Shown one piece after another: positions 14,704 to 27,649 of a stretch of 64,000 nt of DNA (within the stretch, counting starts at the first letter, position 1; each line of letters opens with the position of its first letter). Origin of the DNA: Selaginella moellendorffii (lineage: Eukaryota; Plantae; Lycopodiophyta); assembly GCF_000143415.4 (NCBI RefSeq), contig NW_003314296.1:787645-851644 (forward strand), given 5' to 3'. The notes below the pieces were generated by a model that did no database searches, was not told the DNA's origin, and was given only the letters and a program-made list of their open reading frames with translations. The position numbers and the translations under genes were made by a program.

Positions 14704-16236
14704 TCAAATTTCGACAGCGTCTGGAATGCGTACCGGGTATTTGTCAATGCAGTCCTCCCACGGCCCGTGGCTCGGCGGCTTGATGCTCCGCAACGCCCTC
14801 CACACGGCGCTGTTACACTTGAACCCACTCCCAAACGCAATCTGCCACACCCGGTCGCCCCGCTTCACCCGGCCTTTCGCCTCGAGGTACGCCAGCTCGT
14901 ACCATATCGACGACGACGACGTGTTTCCAAATCTGTGCAGCGTCATCCTCGACGCCTCCACATGACGCTCCGTCAGCTGCAGGTTCTTCTCCAGCTCGTC
15001 GATCACGGCCCGGCCGCCGGCGTGGATGCAAAAGTGCTCGAACGCCAGCTTGAAGTCGGGTATGTAAGTCTTGAACCGGTTCTTACGCTTGGTGAGCTTC
15101 CGCAGGACGAGCACCACGAAGAAGATGATCTGCTCGGACAGCGGCAGTACCAGCGGGCCCAGCGTCGTGATGTTGGTCTTGAGAGCGTCCCCGGCGATGG
15201 CCATGAGCTCCTTGGACAGCGAGACTCCCATCTTTCCATCGCCATCTTGCTCCTGGTAAACACATCCATAGCACTTATCGTCGGCTCCCTTGTGCGTTCT
15301 TACAGTGTGGACGAGCTCGTACTTCGCTCGGTGCCTCTTGGCGCGGCGATTCGTGAGCAGCAGCGCGGCGCCACCCATCCGGAAGAGGCAGTTCGGGATG
15401 AGCATGCTGCGCTGGTTGCCGGAGTACCAGTTCTGGGTGATGTTCTCGGTGCTCACCACCAGCGCGTACGTTCTCCGCTCCACCTGGAGGATGTCCCTGG
15501 CCAGATCCACAGCGATGACGCCGGCGCTACAGCCCATCCCGCCGAGGTTGTAGCTCTTGATGTTCCCTCGCATCTTGTAGCGATTGATGATCATGGCTGA
15601 CAGGGAAGGCGTGGGATTGAAGAGGCTGCAATTGACGACGAGCACGCCGATGTCCTTGGGCCGGATCCCGGTGCGCTGGAGGAGCTCGTCCACGGCTCCA
15701 AACATCACCTCCTCGGCCTCGAGGCGGGCAGTGGCCATACACGCGCGCGAGGGGAGCTCGTGCAGCGCCGCCGGGAGGTACGTCTCCTCGCCCAGCCCGG
15801 CGCGCGAGAGGATCTTGCGCTGGAAGTCGAGGCTGCGATCGTCGAAGTGGCCCGAGAGGCGCGAGTGCTCCATGAAGCGCTGGAACTTGACCTCGAGGTG
15901 GGGGGGCGGGAGGTAGCAGGAGAAGTCGAGGAGGAAGACGGGGCGGGGGCGGGAGATGGCGTAGGCGGTGGCGGCGAAGACGAGCAATGCGGAGCAGAGG
16001 AGGACGCTGAGGAGATTGAGCTGGAGGTGGCGGCAGAGGTGGAGGATCTGGTCGGGGCCGAGGCGAGTGGCCTCGAGGAGGACGGCGAGGAGGAGCGGGA
16101 CGAGGAGGAGAGTGAGGAGGTGAGTGATGAGGTAGTGGTAGCCCAGCTTCACGTACTTGAGATTGACGCCCTGGAGGAAATCGGGGAGGCGGCGAGCGCT
16201 GCTACTAGTGCTTTGGATCTGGAGCTCCACAGCCAT
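14704..16236 (-). CDS. KCS: 3-ketoacyl-CoA synthase (VLCFA elongase condensing enzyme), intronless
   Basis: LPDFLQGVNLKYVKLGYHY, two TM helices, GMGCSAG catalytic Cys, HFCIHAGGR, FGNTSSSS, GSGFKCNS. Confidence 0.97.
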   Translation of the reverse strand: MAVELQIQSTSSSARRLPDFLQGVNLKYVKLGYHYLITHLLTLLLVPLLLAVLLEATRLGPDQILHLCRHLQLNLLSVLLCSALLVFAATAYAISRPRPVFLLDFSCYLPPPHLEVKFQRFMEHSRLSGHFDDRSLDFQRKILSRAGLGEETYLPAALHELPSRACMATARLEAEEVMFGAVDELLQRTGIRPKDIGVLVVNCSLFNPTPSLSAMIINRYKMRGNIKSYNLGGMGCSAGVIAVDLARDILQVERRTYALVVSTENITQNWYSGNQRSMLIPNCLFRMGGAALLLTNRRAKRHRAKYELVHTVRTHKGADDKCYGCVYQEQDGDGKMGVSLSKELMAIAGDALKTNITTLGPLVLPLSEQIIFFVVLVLRKLTKRKNRFKTYIPDFKLAFEHFCIHAGGRAVIDELEKNLQLTERHVEASRMTLHRFGNTSSSSIWYELAYLEAKGRVKRGDRVWQIAFGSGFKCNSAVWRALRSIKPPSHGPWEDCIDKYPVRIPDAVEI

Positions 16237-16783
16237 GGTATGGTGCTCGTCCCTCCCTTCTCTCCCCCTCTTTTCTTCTTTTTCTCTCTCTTTCTCTCTC
16301 CCTCTCTCTCTCTTCTCTCTTCGCGAGCGAATAAGAGCCCTAGGGGAGCATATTCGCGGAAATATAGTGATGCTGGCGTGGCACGTGACGTGGCAAAAGT
16401 GAAAGTGATTTCTTTCTTTGATTTTCTTCTTTGATTTATTCTTGAGCTCTGGAGCACTATCTGAAGTTCCAAACTGTTTCTTTTAGTTTTTAGATCTAGC
16501 ATTGCTCCTCTTCTCGAGGTCCTGATGCTTCTTAGTTGGGCATCACAAGCTTTTGCGAAAGTTGGGCACCACAAGATTTAAAACATGCGAAAGTTCTCTT
16601 TTTTCTTTTCTTCTTTCATTTCTTGTGCTCTGGAGCATTATCTAAAATTCCAGCCATTCATTTTTTTTTCTACGAGATAATCTTTAGATGAGAGTTATCC
16701 TTTATTTTTCTTTGATTTCTTCTTTGATTTCTTGAGCTCTGGGGCACTATCTAAAGTTCCAACCATTTTTCTTAGAGCTCGTG

Positions 16784-19700
16784 CTAGGAGATGAGCTTGC
16801 ACAGGCGTGGTCTCGAGCAAAACTGGCGACCATTTAATCTGACAGCCGACACGATGCTAGCGGTGAGTGTCGCCCACACAACAGCGTTGAAGAGCTGGCC
16901 TGGATCTTTCTCCACTGCAGATCGAAGCGACACAATCTGAGGCGGCGGCAAACAAGTGGAAGCACTTTTACCTCTTCTCAGGGATAAAGCCGAGCACACG
17001 AAAAACAGTAGTATCAAACTTGTGGCAAGCGGCATGCACTGCAAGCGCAAAAGCGACGCGAAACTCTCAGTACAAGACCAACAAGCAAAACAGTGGTCCT
17101 TAACTGTGATCGCTTCGTGCAGCCCAAAGGGGAAAGGAGACGGCTTTCCACGCGTAACAACATAGTGTCCAGCGACAAGGTCCATCGCGTCCTGGAAGAA
17201 AAAAGGAAGCAACAAGGAAGCTGGAAGAAAATTGAGGCTTTGTACCTGTCGAGCACCGTCCTTGAAATTGTTGAGGTAGTAGCGGGTCAGAGCGCTGATT
17301 CCGTCTTGTATAAAGCCCGAAATTGTCCGCCTTCCGTGTCTACAAAAGCCAGCGTCCAAAAGTTAGCGATCTAGCACACGAGAAAGTAAAAGAAAACAAT
17401 CTTTCACAGTGGCGATTCACCGGACAAAGTCTCCTTTTAGAGCTGGTGTTCCCGTGTACTGCATCACCGTGATCGGCCCATACTGTTTCACGTGAAAGGG
17501 ATTAGACAAGGAGGAAACAAAGAAAGGAAAGATTATTACAATGGTTGAAGTGCTTCTCAAGGCAAGGATGATGATCGATTTTTTCTTGCAGCTTGAAAAA
17601 CCCGATCTTTTGCAGTTGCGCTTCCAACGCTCTTCTTGCTATCAAGCTCTGAAACGATAGAAGACCACATTTTCTACTTGAGCTTCATCGGAACATTAAG
17701 AACTTGCCTGTGTTACGTTCACACGATCCAAACAGTCGATACAATTTGTCCTCACAACTCCATTCTGGGCTTGCACAACTTTACGTTCACTATTAACTAG
17801 ATAAAACCTGGACAATATTCTTATATTTGAAATGGTATGAGCAATAATCGTTTTTATACCCTTGCTGCATCAGTTGTTCTGCTATTTGATCATGAAGAGT
17901 AGACAGTTTATCGAAGTGGATTTGACCGCAGACACGATGGAAGTCAAACGGCACATATCTGAAAGTTTCAGCTGAATCATCTGAACATATATCCTGCGCA
18001 AACATACATACTTCAATTTCTCGTTTTCCAGTTTGATCATTGCATTTTTGTATGCCACGCTCAGCACTCCTTCCAATCCTTGCTACGAGACGAAAATGAA
18101 AGGGGACGAAATAAGGGACGAAAATGAAATCAGGGAGTTGCTTCGTGCGAAGGAATTCGACTAGTTACCTGATTAATAAGATCAACAGCCAAAACAGATC
18201 CATACTTCTCACAGAGATCTTGAAAGTGTCGCTCGACCACCTTAGGCTGAGGCACCAAAGCGAATAAGTTTATCAAAGTTTTAGCTGTACCGTTTGGGAT
18301 GGATAGACAGTGCTAAGTACAGGTTTGTAAGTAAGATCCACGATTTGTTCCCAGAGTAGAGGGATTGAGCCCCTGACCTGCAAAAAACATCCCGAGTGAG
18401 AAAAAAAAAAACACAGGAACAATAAAATATCGTATACCAGTACGTAGGATGCTAGATAGCCATCTAGTTCTAGCATTTGCTCGGTTTCAACAAAATTTGC
18501 AACATTCCCTTGAAGGTCGGCGCCTCGTCTCCACATCCGAGTGCCTGAAGCTCATTTATCAGGAAAAGAACAAAAGTAATGAATAGCTCACCAATGCGAT
18601 CTACAGCTCGCCTTGAAATCAGAGAAAGAGTAATAAATCTATCGTTTACCAGGATCTGTTTAGACTGAAAGCGTGGTTTATCGTCAAGGAACAATGTCAT
18701 GCAATATGTACTTGTCTCAAAGGATATTTCCTTGTATCAATGGTAAACTGTAGGATTCTAACTGCATTAAGACAAACTGTGAGTAAGCATCGCGGGGAAA
18801 TAGAGGAAATTGCTCTTACATTGGCCTCCGTCAGAAACTTCAGCATTTCGCGGTTCCACAGGAATTTTGGATCAGCCTACAGAGTAGAAAAATGTCAGTA
18901 TCAATTTCCATAAATACATATAAGCACCTGCTGCCAGAGCGTCTGGCTTCTTTGCACTTTTGATGGATCATGAGATATCTGAGTACTGCGTAGCGTTGTG
19001 TACTACGTTATGTTCTCTACGTCAAAGAAAAATAGCTTACTTCCGTGTTAGATCGACTTCATAAGAGAAGTAGAGGCCCGGCGTGGTCTCGGCAATTTTT
19101 AGAAGACGCAAGTACTGATACTCATCCTTCTTCTGCTAGCAGATCGAAAAACCTTTTAACAGGGCTCACTACTCCTGAATATTATAAGTTTCCTATGGTC
19201 TTCAAAACAAGGAGGTAAAACTTACTTCCTGGAAACTGAGATCGTCACGGACGACACAGTGTAGGAATCGTAAGGACGATGCTCTAAAAACTGGATGGCC
19301 TCGAGATTGTCCAACGCACTCTCTTCCAGTTATAACAAGAATATAGAGCCCTGCAATCGTTGTCATGGCACGCACGAGAAGAAAAAAATTTAAACCTGCC
19401 AAAAGTTTGATAGCTCCAGCAACACCATAGACTATCATAGTTTGCACAGATGTCTGATTTGTCGAAAGAGGTATCTCATCTGAAAATTAAAATAAAAAAA
19501 AAACAAGATCAGCTTGAACAAGGAAAGTTCCGAAGTCCCTTACTAATCAAAGACGGCGTTCCCGTCAACCGGTTTATTGACAGCAATGGACGTCCATCGA
19601 GTGGCCGGAAAACGAAGTGCTCGGGGAGCTCCCACAGTCGCAATTGCCCGCACAACCTCGGCAGTGGGATACATTTCTCGACTTCATCGAACTTCTCCAT
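16784..19700 (-). CDS. SAC-domain phosphoinositide phosphatase (SAC1/SAC8-like), multi-exon
   Basis: LRLWELPEHF, RRGADLQGNVANFVETEQ, QVRGSIPLLWEQIVDL, FDFHRVC, catalytic RTNCIDCLDRVNVTQ (~17710-17755), two C-terminal TM segments, RQFCSRPRL. Confidence 0.92.
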
Positions 19701-20002
19701 GGTCACTCAAAGAAACCGCACACAACGAGGAAAAAACGCAAGAGAAACAACCTCACCATGCGAAGAACCCTAGAACCCTACCGTTGCGTCCAGAAAATAT
19801 TTCATTCCACCAGCTAGACCAGACCGTACAGGTTTACAATCCGTGTAGGAACTCCATCTGCATAAACGAAAAGTGTTAGCGAAGTAGAGAATGATAAAAG
19901 GGAGGAAAACTTACTTCAAAGTTCCGTGTAGAAGGCCTCACAAACTCAGTTCTTCGCGAAAGCGAGAGTAAAGGCGCTGTTTTATTGAACAAGTTCTAAA
20001 GT

Positions 20003-20582
20003 TCATAGCTTCGAAGGTTTAGGAAATATCTCTGGAGTAAACTTTTGAGCTGCGCTCATACTTCCCTTGATCTTCATTTTACCTCTGCGGGATGAAATAG
20101 AAACAAAAGTTCGAACACGAAAGAAAAACTAAGAGGACAACTTACCTGATAAATGCCATTTGAGGATTCATTTTCCCCATAGCCACGGCCATAAAATCCC
20201 CATCCACAAACGAAAACGTAGCGTCCGGTTTCTCCTCACACGGACCTGTGATAAAATCCATGTAGCTATCCTTGAAAAAAAGAAATAAAAAAGAGCTAGG
20301 CAAAATCCATACATACCTTTGCTAACCTTCGCATTTTTCAAATCCACAACGTAGCTCTCCTCGTCGATCCCGATTTTCTACGCTCGAATCAAGAAATCGA
20401 GAGCGACGACCGTCAATGGAGCACTAAAATCGCAATCGATCACTCACCTTGGGCGACACATTGATCTGATAGACCAATCCAATCTTCTTCTTGAGCTCCT
20501 CGCCGGCTCCCGTCTCCAAATGCTTCGCCATTTGATCCATGAGCTCGGCCGACCGGAGCTTCGATCCATCCGACACCGCCAT
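20003..20582 (-). CDS. SCP2: Sterol carrier protein 2 (peroxisomal), 4 short exons, absent from the ORF track
   Basis: Manual splicing gives MAVSDGSKLRSAELMDQM...KKIGLVYQINV...YVVDLK...KPDATFSF...GKMNPQMAFIRGKMKIKGSMSAAQKFTPEIFPKPSKL-stop, ending in PTS1 SKL. Confidence 0.93.
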
Positions 20583-20753
20583 GGAAGAAATCTCTCGCCT
20601 CGCTCGCGCGCTATCAATCGCTGAGCGAAATAAAAAACCCTAGCCCGTGTCTTTCAAAAAACTGCCTCGTGGAGCTTCCTTGAAATAGTAGCAAGCGTTC
20701 GGTGCCATGCTTAGCATCTAAACAGGATTGTTTATCACTAATCTAATCACGTC

Positions 20754-22945
20754 TTAGTGCCCGGCAACGAGCAGCATCTCGAGGTCCTCTAGCGAGCGTC
20801 CTTTCGTCTCCACGACGTTTCTCTTCACGAAAATCGCCGCGAAGAAGCAAACCACTGAGAAGAACGTGTAGAGAACCGATGCTCCAGTAGCGTTGATCAG
20901 CGGGAGAAAGAGCAATCCCACGAAAAAATGCGCTACCTGGAATCACAAACCATGACAGAAGTAAGCTAAAGAAGATCACACACGCTTTGTGCTTACCCAG
21001 TGAACGCACATCGCGAAAGCCATTGCTTTGCCTCTTATGCGAATGGGAATGATCTCCGGTAGTAGCAGCGCTGGAACTGGACCCGCTCCAGAAGCGAAGG
21101 AGAAAACATAGCTGCATGGATTCGATTCACAAGTCAGTGTCACGTAAAAACCAAAGTGATGAGTGCGCTTACAAGAGAGTTCCTATCAAAGTCGTCGTAG
21201 CACGAATTGGTTTTAAGAAACCAAAAGCTGCTACTGCTGCTTGCATTGCCATCGAGACAGCCTGAGAAAGAAAAACAAAGCCTTAGTCAATACTGACACG
21301 AAAAAAGTGAGCCCAGACCATTCCAGTGAAGCTCCACATCATGAGTTTGCGGCGTCCTAGCCTGTCCATCAAACCTGCTGCTACAAAGGACCCTGAAGAT
21401 GAAATATCAAAGTCAGTTTTCTGCTACTAGAAAGTGAAAACCATACCAACTAGATTGACTGCTCCAACGGAGACCGTGGCAGCCAGATCCGAAGAGACTC
21501 CAGCACTCTTCAGCACGGTCGAAGAAAAGTAGAAAATGGCGTTGATACCAGAGAACTGCTGCAAAGCAAACAATCCTCCTCCCAGCAAAACAGCTGAAGT
21601 TCAAACATGGTCATGTAAACCACTGTCATGCAAACAATAAGTCATGTACCTCTCACGTAACGCCTATCCAGCAACTCTTTCCACGGAGCAATCATCTCTA
21701 AATCATCTGATTGTTCGCTCTGGACAAGCTCCGACATTGCTGCCTTAGCGTGAGCTGCTCCCCACAGCCGTTCAAGTTCGTGCTCTGCTTCATACCAGCG
21801 AGAATTCTGGAGAGGTTTAGTTGGTACAGAATAGACAAGGAAGAATCGAGTAAACTCACCTTAAACAGCCACCTCGGACTTTCGGCACAGAACTCCATTC
21901 CTAGTAGCAGTAAGGCAGCGGGAAGCGTAGAGATCCAGAAGCACGCTCTCCACCTGAAAGAAAGAAGCGAGCTGGTTTAACAAAATAAATTCGGCTAAAG
22001 CTTGTTACCAGTCCGGGGTGGAGCTTATGGGAAGACCAACTATAAGAGCTGCAAGGAGACCAATACATGTAGCAGTCTGAGGAAAGCTTCCAAAAGACCC
22101 TCGGACTTGAGTTGGCGAAACCTGAGCAAAACAAGCAAACGTCACTCATAGTTGGCCTGGCAAACAAGCTTACCTCCGAGACATAGAGCGCGAGAACTGG
22201 AGCACCAATGCCTAGACCGCATCCAACGAGCAGCCGACCAACAAGCATAGACGCGAGATTCCATGCCTTTGCACTGTAAAGTTCACAAAGCTATATGAAA
22301 AATTCGCGAGCTTTCTTTCACGTACCTGAGAATTGGACCGAGCACCATGGGAATAGCGCACAGTTGAAAAGCTCTCCGGCGCCCGAGACGATCCGCCACA
22401 GTGCCGCTGATTGCACATCCAGCAAAAGCGCCTATCAAGCATACACTCACAACAAAGCCTGCGAGCTCCAGGCATTCCAACTGAGACAACTTTGCACACA
22501 AGTACTCGTTCCAACATAAAAAATTCTAGCTAGCTACAATACAAAGAAGAAAGAACCACTACTACACACCTTGAGCGAGAGAGTTTTCACCAAAGCCAAG
22601 ATCTCTGGAAATGTAAGGTAGAGGGATGTTCACGACCCTGGGATGAGAAGCCACGAAGAAGATAAATGAAAAGAGAGTCAAGAAAGAAGAAAGCTTTCCC
22701 TACCCAATGTGATAGCCAAACAAGGCCGAGATGATGAGCGCAACGCAGATGTGTGGCAGCGACAAATGCCATGGAACTGGCTGGTTTGCCTGCTCTTGAT
22801 CTGGATCAAAACCATGCCGATAATCTCTCAAGCGCGCGCAAATCTTGGGAAAGCAAATTCTCTGACCTGCATTCGTTGCAACGATTCCATCCATCGAAGG
22901 AAGCTCTCGCGACGGCCGCTTGTACAGCGAGAAGGATCTCATCAT
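20754..22945 (-). CDS. MFS sugar porter, plastidic glucose transporter-like (pGlcT/SGB1 group), multi-exon
   Basis: WHLSLPHICVALIISALFGYHIG, ADRLGRRRA, LYVSE/VSPT, QQFSGINA, MDRLGRR, VETKGRSLE. The start codon (MMRSFSLYKR) is inferred. Confidence 0.9.
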
Positions 22946-23380
22946 CTTGTCTGGATCGCCGACGCATGGAATTCCGCTCGTGAGAAGATTAGAGCTGGGA
23001 ACCGACAAAACCTATACCATGAGATCTCGATCGCGGCGCCAAATTCCTCACCGCGATGCCGCCATCGCTCCACCCGCATCGATGCCGCGCGCCCCAAGGG
23101 ATTGCCGCCTCGATCACACAAGAAAACCGATGGCATTGGAGCTTAAGAAGCTCCAATCAAACGAACAAATCTCCTCCGTTGGATGCGTCTACGTGTCAGA
23201 CATACGATGTGATGCCACATCCGACGGCCAGGCGTCGCCACGTGTCAACACGTACAGACTTCGCAGTGAAATGGGAAAAAGTGGAACCGTTTTTAAAGCT
23301 ATTATCAAACCGGTAAAGATTTTAGGGTTTTTCGTTATTTTTTAGGGCTCTTCGCGCTAGGGATTTTGGGCAGCTCGGCG

Positions 23381-24421
23381 ATGAAGCGCCCGGAGGAAGA
23401 TGGCGCCATTGTCCCCGCCAAGCGCGCTAGAACAGAGCTAGAGGAGGTAAGCGGCAGCGACGGCAAGCAGATCCGGCACTTCAATGGCGTCCGCCGCACT
23501 TCCAGCCTCGAATCGCCGACGATGCTGCTCAGCGGCCACGCCGGGGCGATTTACACCATGAAATTCCACCCGCGCGGCGACGTGATCGCGTCGGGGAGCT
23601 TCGACAAGGATATTTTCCTCTGGCGCGTCACCGGCCCCTGCGAGAATTTCATGGTGCTCAAGGGCCACCGGAACGGCGTGCTAGACGTGCATTGGATGCT
23701 CGACGGCGGCCAGATCGTGTCCGCGAGCCCGGACAAGACGGTGAGGGCCTGGGACGCGGACACCGGGCGCCAGATCAAGAAGATGGCCGAGCACTCCTCC
23801 TTCGTCAATGCGTGTTGCCCGGTGAAGAAAGGCCCGCCTTTGCTCGTCAGCGGCTCCGACGATGGCACCGCCAAGCTCTGGGACCTCCGCCGCCGGGGCT
23901 GCATCCAGACGCTCCCAGACAAGTACCAAGTCACGGCAGTGGGCTTCTCCGAGGCGGCGGACAAGGTTTTCTCCGGAGGGATCGACAACGAAGTGAAAGT
24001 CTGGGATCTTCGCAAGAACGAGGTGGTGATGCATCTCCAGGGACACCTTGATACGATCACAGGGATGGAGCTCAGCCCGGATGGATCGTTCTTGCTCACG
24101 AACTCGATGGACTCGACGCTGAAGATCTGGGATCTTCGTCCCTACGCTCCACAGAACCGGTGCGTGAAGACTTTCACTGGGCACGTCCACACGGTGGAGC
24201 AGAATCTGCTCAAGTGTAGCTGGTCGCCGGATGGGAACAGGGTGACGTCCGGGAGCGGGGACCGTATGGTCTACATCTGGGATACGTCCAGCCGCCGGAT
24301 CTTGTACAAGCTTCCGGGACACACGGGGTCTGTGAACGAGTCCGTGTTCCACCCGACGCAGCCGATCATCGGCTCGTGTAGCAGTGACAAGCAAATCTAT
24401 CTTGGCGAGATTGAGCCGTGA
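23381..24421 (+). CDS. SNRNP40: U5 snRNP 40 kDa WD40 protein, intronless
   Basis: RTSSLESPTMLLSGH, WD40 repeats, RPYAPQNRCVK, YKLPGHTGSVNE, SDKQIYLGEI. ATG at 23381; telo-box TTAGGGTTT upstream. Confidence 0.93.
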   Translation: MKRPEEDGAIVPAKRARTELEEVSGSDGKQIRHFNGVRRTSSLESPTMLLSGHAGAIYTMKFHPRGDVIASGSFDKDIFLWRVTGPCENFMVLKGHRNGVLDVHWMLDGGQIVSASPDKTVRAWDADTGRQIKKMAEHSSFVNACCPVKKGPPLLVSGSDDGTAKLWDLRRRGCIQTLPDKYQVTAVGFSEAADKVFSGGIDNEVKVWDLRKNEVVMHLQGHLDTITGMELSPDGSFLLTNSMDSTLKIWDLRPYAPQNRCVKTFTGHVHTVEQNLLKCSWSPDGNRVTSGSGDRMVYIWDTSSRRILYKLPGHTGSVNESVFHPTQPIIGSCSSDKQIYLGEIEP

Positions 24422-24666
24422 GAGATCTTGGCAAGGCGATCCAGGTGCGTTGTCTCATTTTGTTTTAGAAGTTTTCTAACACTTTTCTCTGTGGTTTGTT
24501 TCCAGATTTCCAGCAAGGGTGAGCTCCTAGAGCAGTGAGAAAGTTTCAGATTTCCAGAAAGGTTGAGCTCCAAGTGTAGTGAGAAATTTTCTTTTTGCCT
24601 CTGTTGTAAAACTAACCTTCGTGCAATCTTTTGATTTAAAAGCTTATAGAACACAGCTACTTTCAT

Positions 24667-27649
24667 TCACAGCTTCGAGATTACCATACTTGTTGCAGCA
24701 GCGGGTTTCACAACAGCAGCAACATCCTCTTTGGCAGCATTGGCTTGATGCTCACTTGGAGGAACATCGATTGCTGGACTACAATTGAAGAATCCCACAG
24801 GCTAGATGAAAAAATAAACAAGCAAAGCACATTGTCAATGGAATGTTTTAATCAAAGAAGTTGGTTTTCTTACCGCGAGCGAGAATCCAAGATGTTCCAC
24901 AGGCATCACAGGCCAGTCTTCCAGCCTTGGTACGTGGATCACGCCGAAAGTGTACCTGGAAATCCACGAGAAAACCATGAAAGATCGTATCAAACCAAAG
25001 TGAGCCACTGACCATAGCACTATATCGGCCTGTTCCAGGTTCTTATCGCGCTTCGTCCATGTAGGCAGCCCCTCTCCAACTCGAGGATTCTGGTTTGGGA
25101 AGTCTCCGCCGGGATATCGCTCGTCGGGGCTGTAGCTGGTCACCCACAGGTTGTGGTGGAGAAACTTTGCTCGTCGGAGCATCATAGCGTTCTCGCCTAC
25201 GAGGGGTAGGCAATTCGAGCCTGGAACAAGCTTGTAGCCCGTCAGCTGGCCCATTCTATTGAAACTTCGGGTGTTCCGGACCTTGGAAAATGAGAATCAA
25301 ACTAGCACTTAGTTCTCCAGATGCAGCAGGAAGAACTTACAATCCAATGGCGAGCGGAGAGAGAGTTGCAGTCTCGCTGAGCCTGTAACTCAGACTTTAG
25401 CACAGTCTCGGTCGGGTAGAACGAGTTATTGTGAGGATTGTCCGAGCCTGCTTTCTCCGAGAGAACGTTAACTTCCACAACCTGAAAACAATCGCGGGGG
25501 AGAAACCAACAAGCGATGAATCGAATGAAGTAAGTACCTGGTTTGCTTGTTCTCCAGGGACGCAGTCGACAGCCATATTCATTCTGGCCACGAAAAAGTG
25601 CTGGTGAACTGGAGCATATAAACCAGGAGCTATAACAGTCCCGTATTTCCTGATTTCTCCAGCACGAAGTGCTCCCAGGCTGAGAATCCCCGTGAGCTTC
25701 ACCTCAGCCTCTATTTTTCCATCCTGTACTAGCACGGAGTAACAAGCCGTCACTCCATTAACAAGTTCTTACCTGGTAGAAATGCCAGTAGAAGCCATAT
25801 TCGTAGTTTGCAACTGTGCAAAGGAAAGACACAGTTAGCCTTCTCGATCGTCGAACTTCAGAGAGTCCCGAGCGCCAGTCCTGATGCTTCCAAAGAATCC
25901 CATAGTCTTCTTCGTGCATACAGATCGCATTCTCAATCTTCTCCACGCTGCCCCGGTAGTTTGTCAAAAACGCATCGAAGTACTTGATATGTCCCAAGCA
26001 ATCGCAGCCCTTTTACGTAACATCAAACTTGATACGGTTCTGAGAAAACAAATAATAAGTTTACCAGCTTGAGTGAGTGCGCGTTCTTTCCAAGTCCGTC
26101 TTCTCCTGCGTCAAATGCGTTTTTTCTGTAGTGCGGCTCTAATGGATCTCCATACGGAACAACCATCTCCACAAAGCTCAGCCGATACGCGACGGACCTC
26201 CTTCCTCTGCTTCCATCATCATAAGCAACTGTATGAATCACAAGTCCTTCTCGCGGAGTAAATCCAATGCGAAAGTTCCACTGCACGCCAAAAGCACAAT
26301 AAACAAAGACTGTCACAGTGGAATAAGATAAGTTTCACACATACCTTCTGCCACTCAACGTGGTATCCATCAACACGAAAGCTCGGACCATCTGGTTGCA
26401 TGATCTTTAGCGGCTTCAAGTCACTTCTGAGCCCCCCTCGAATATGTGACGGCGTGTAGTTCCTCAGCGGATCCGGCGGAGGCAAAGGAACGAACTCGAG
26501 GTCCTCAAACTCGAGAATTCTCATGTGTTGGAGGTCCACAAGAATGTGTATGCCTTCGAGCGGTCGCGCATACCCATTCTCTATCGGACAGTCGCTCTCG
26601 GTTCTGCAAAATATCAGTGGCTTTGCAAGCCTTTTGCTTGGAGCATCCCGTTCGCCAAAGTACCCGACACACCTACAATGAATCACGTTTATTACATTGT
26701 CAAACTCTCCATAAAGATACATACCATGGGTCAACCATAACCAGATCCATGTTTTCTATACCTCTCTTTTTCACGGCTTCCACAAACGGCTTGTAAGCCT
26801 TAATGGCTGCCTCGCACAGAGCGTACTCTTCGGCATCCTGAGCAAAGAAAGCCAGTGATAAAAAAATTTCCAAAAATGCAAACTCTTACAAAAGCCGGCT
26901 GAACATCGGTCAATGTTTCACACGAGATAACTTTCCCTTTGCGATGTCCACCTCGAGTCAAAGCATGAACTTCCGTCAGCTCCACAATCCAGATGCTCGT
27001 CTCGTTGCTGGCGACATTGTAGACTGTAAGTTTTGCTTGTCTAGGAGGAAGCTGGAAAGGAATCAGGGGCAATCCCTTCGCAGTTGTACGCAAGCCTTGA
27101 GCCGGGTGATAAGGAGGAAAAAAGTGTGCGTCAGCCAGCGCGACCACATCTTTTTCGGGTTCATTCAAAACCACCTCAACAAATCTCATAGCATCACGAA
27201 TCTGCAAGGAAGAAAGTTTATCACTACTACTAGCAGAGCAAACAAAGGAGCCACTCACTTCAGCAGATTTTCCAGCACCTCTCACAGTCTCGGTGGCGAC
27301 TTTAATTTCAGCCGGGCTGAGCGGATCCAGAGGATGGCTCTGCTGTGCCTTGAGAAGCACCACCGCAGGAGCTGCAGCAACACGGCACAACAATTATGAG
27401 CTCGAATTATCTAGAATGACTTTCACGAGAAGTGTTCTTGGTACCTTTGATGGTGCTCACAGGCTCACTGACAGTCTCGACAGAAGCGTAGCTCTCTGGA
27501 GCACTCAAAGCGATGCTGGCTTCCTCGGCAGCAGCCCAGGAAGAAATCCCAGACACGACTTCCCCCCGAAGAGATGATCCCTGCTCCAACCTGGGGGCTG
27601 CTGATTGGCAACAAGTAGATCCAGCATTCGCCTTGGATACGTTCGCCAT
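24667..27649 (-). CDS. CuAO: Copper amine oxidase, peroxisomal type, multi-exon
   Basis: HPLDPLS, TVANYEY (TPQ precursor Tyr), HQH copper ligands, [13 protein letters not shown]-terminal ISKL-stop (PTS1). The start (MANVSK) is inferred. Confidence 0.93.

Noticed and set aside
14680-16434. Long plus-strand ORFs (306 aa, 224 aa) antisense to KCS
   Set aside because: Shadow ORFs caused by high GC at third codon positions of the real gene; no domain features.
23551-24394. Minus-strand ORFs over the WD40 gene
   Set aside because: Antisense shadows of a GC-rich intronless CDS.
14704-27649. Lipid or peroxisome gene cluster (KCS, SAC, SCP2-SKL, CuAO-SKL)
   Set aside because: No shared pathway; adjacency is expected by chance in a gene-dense genome.
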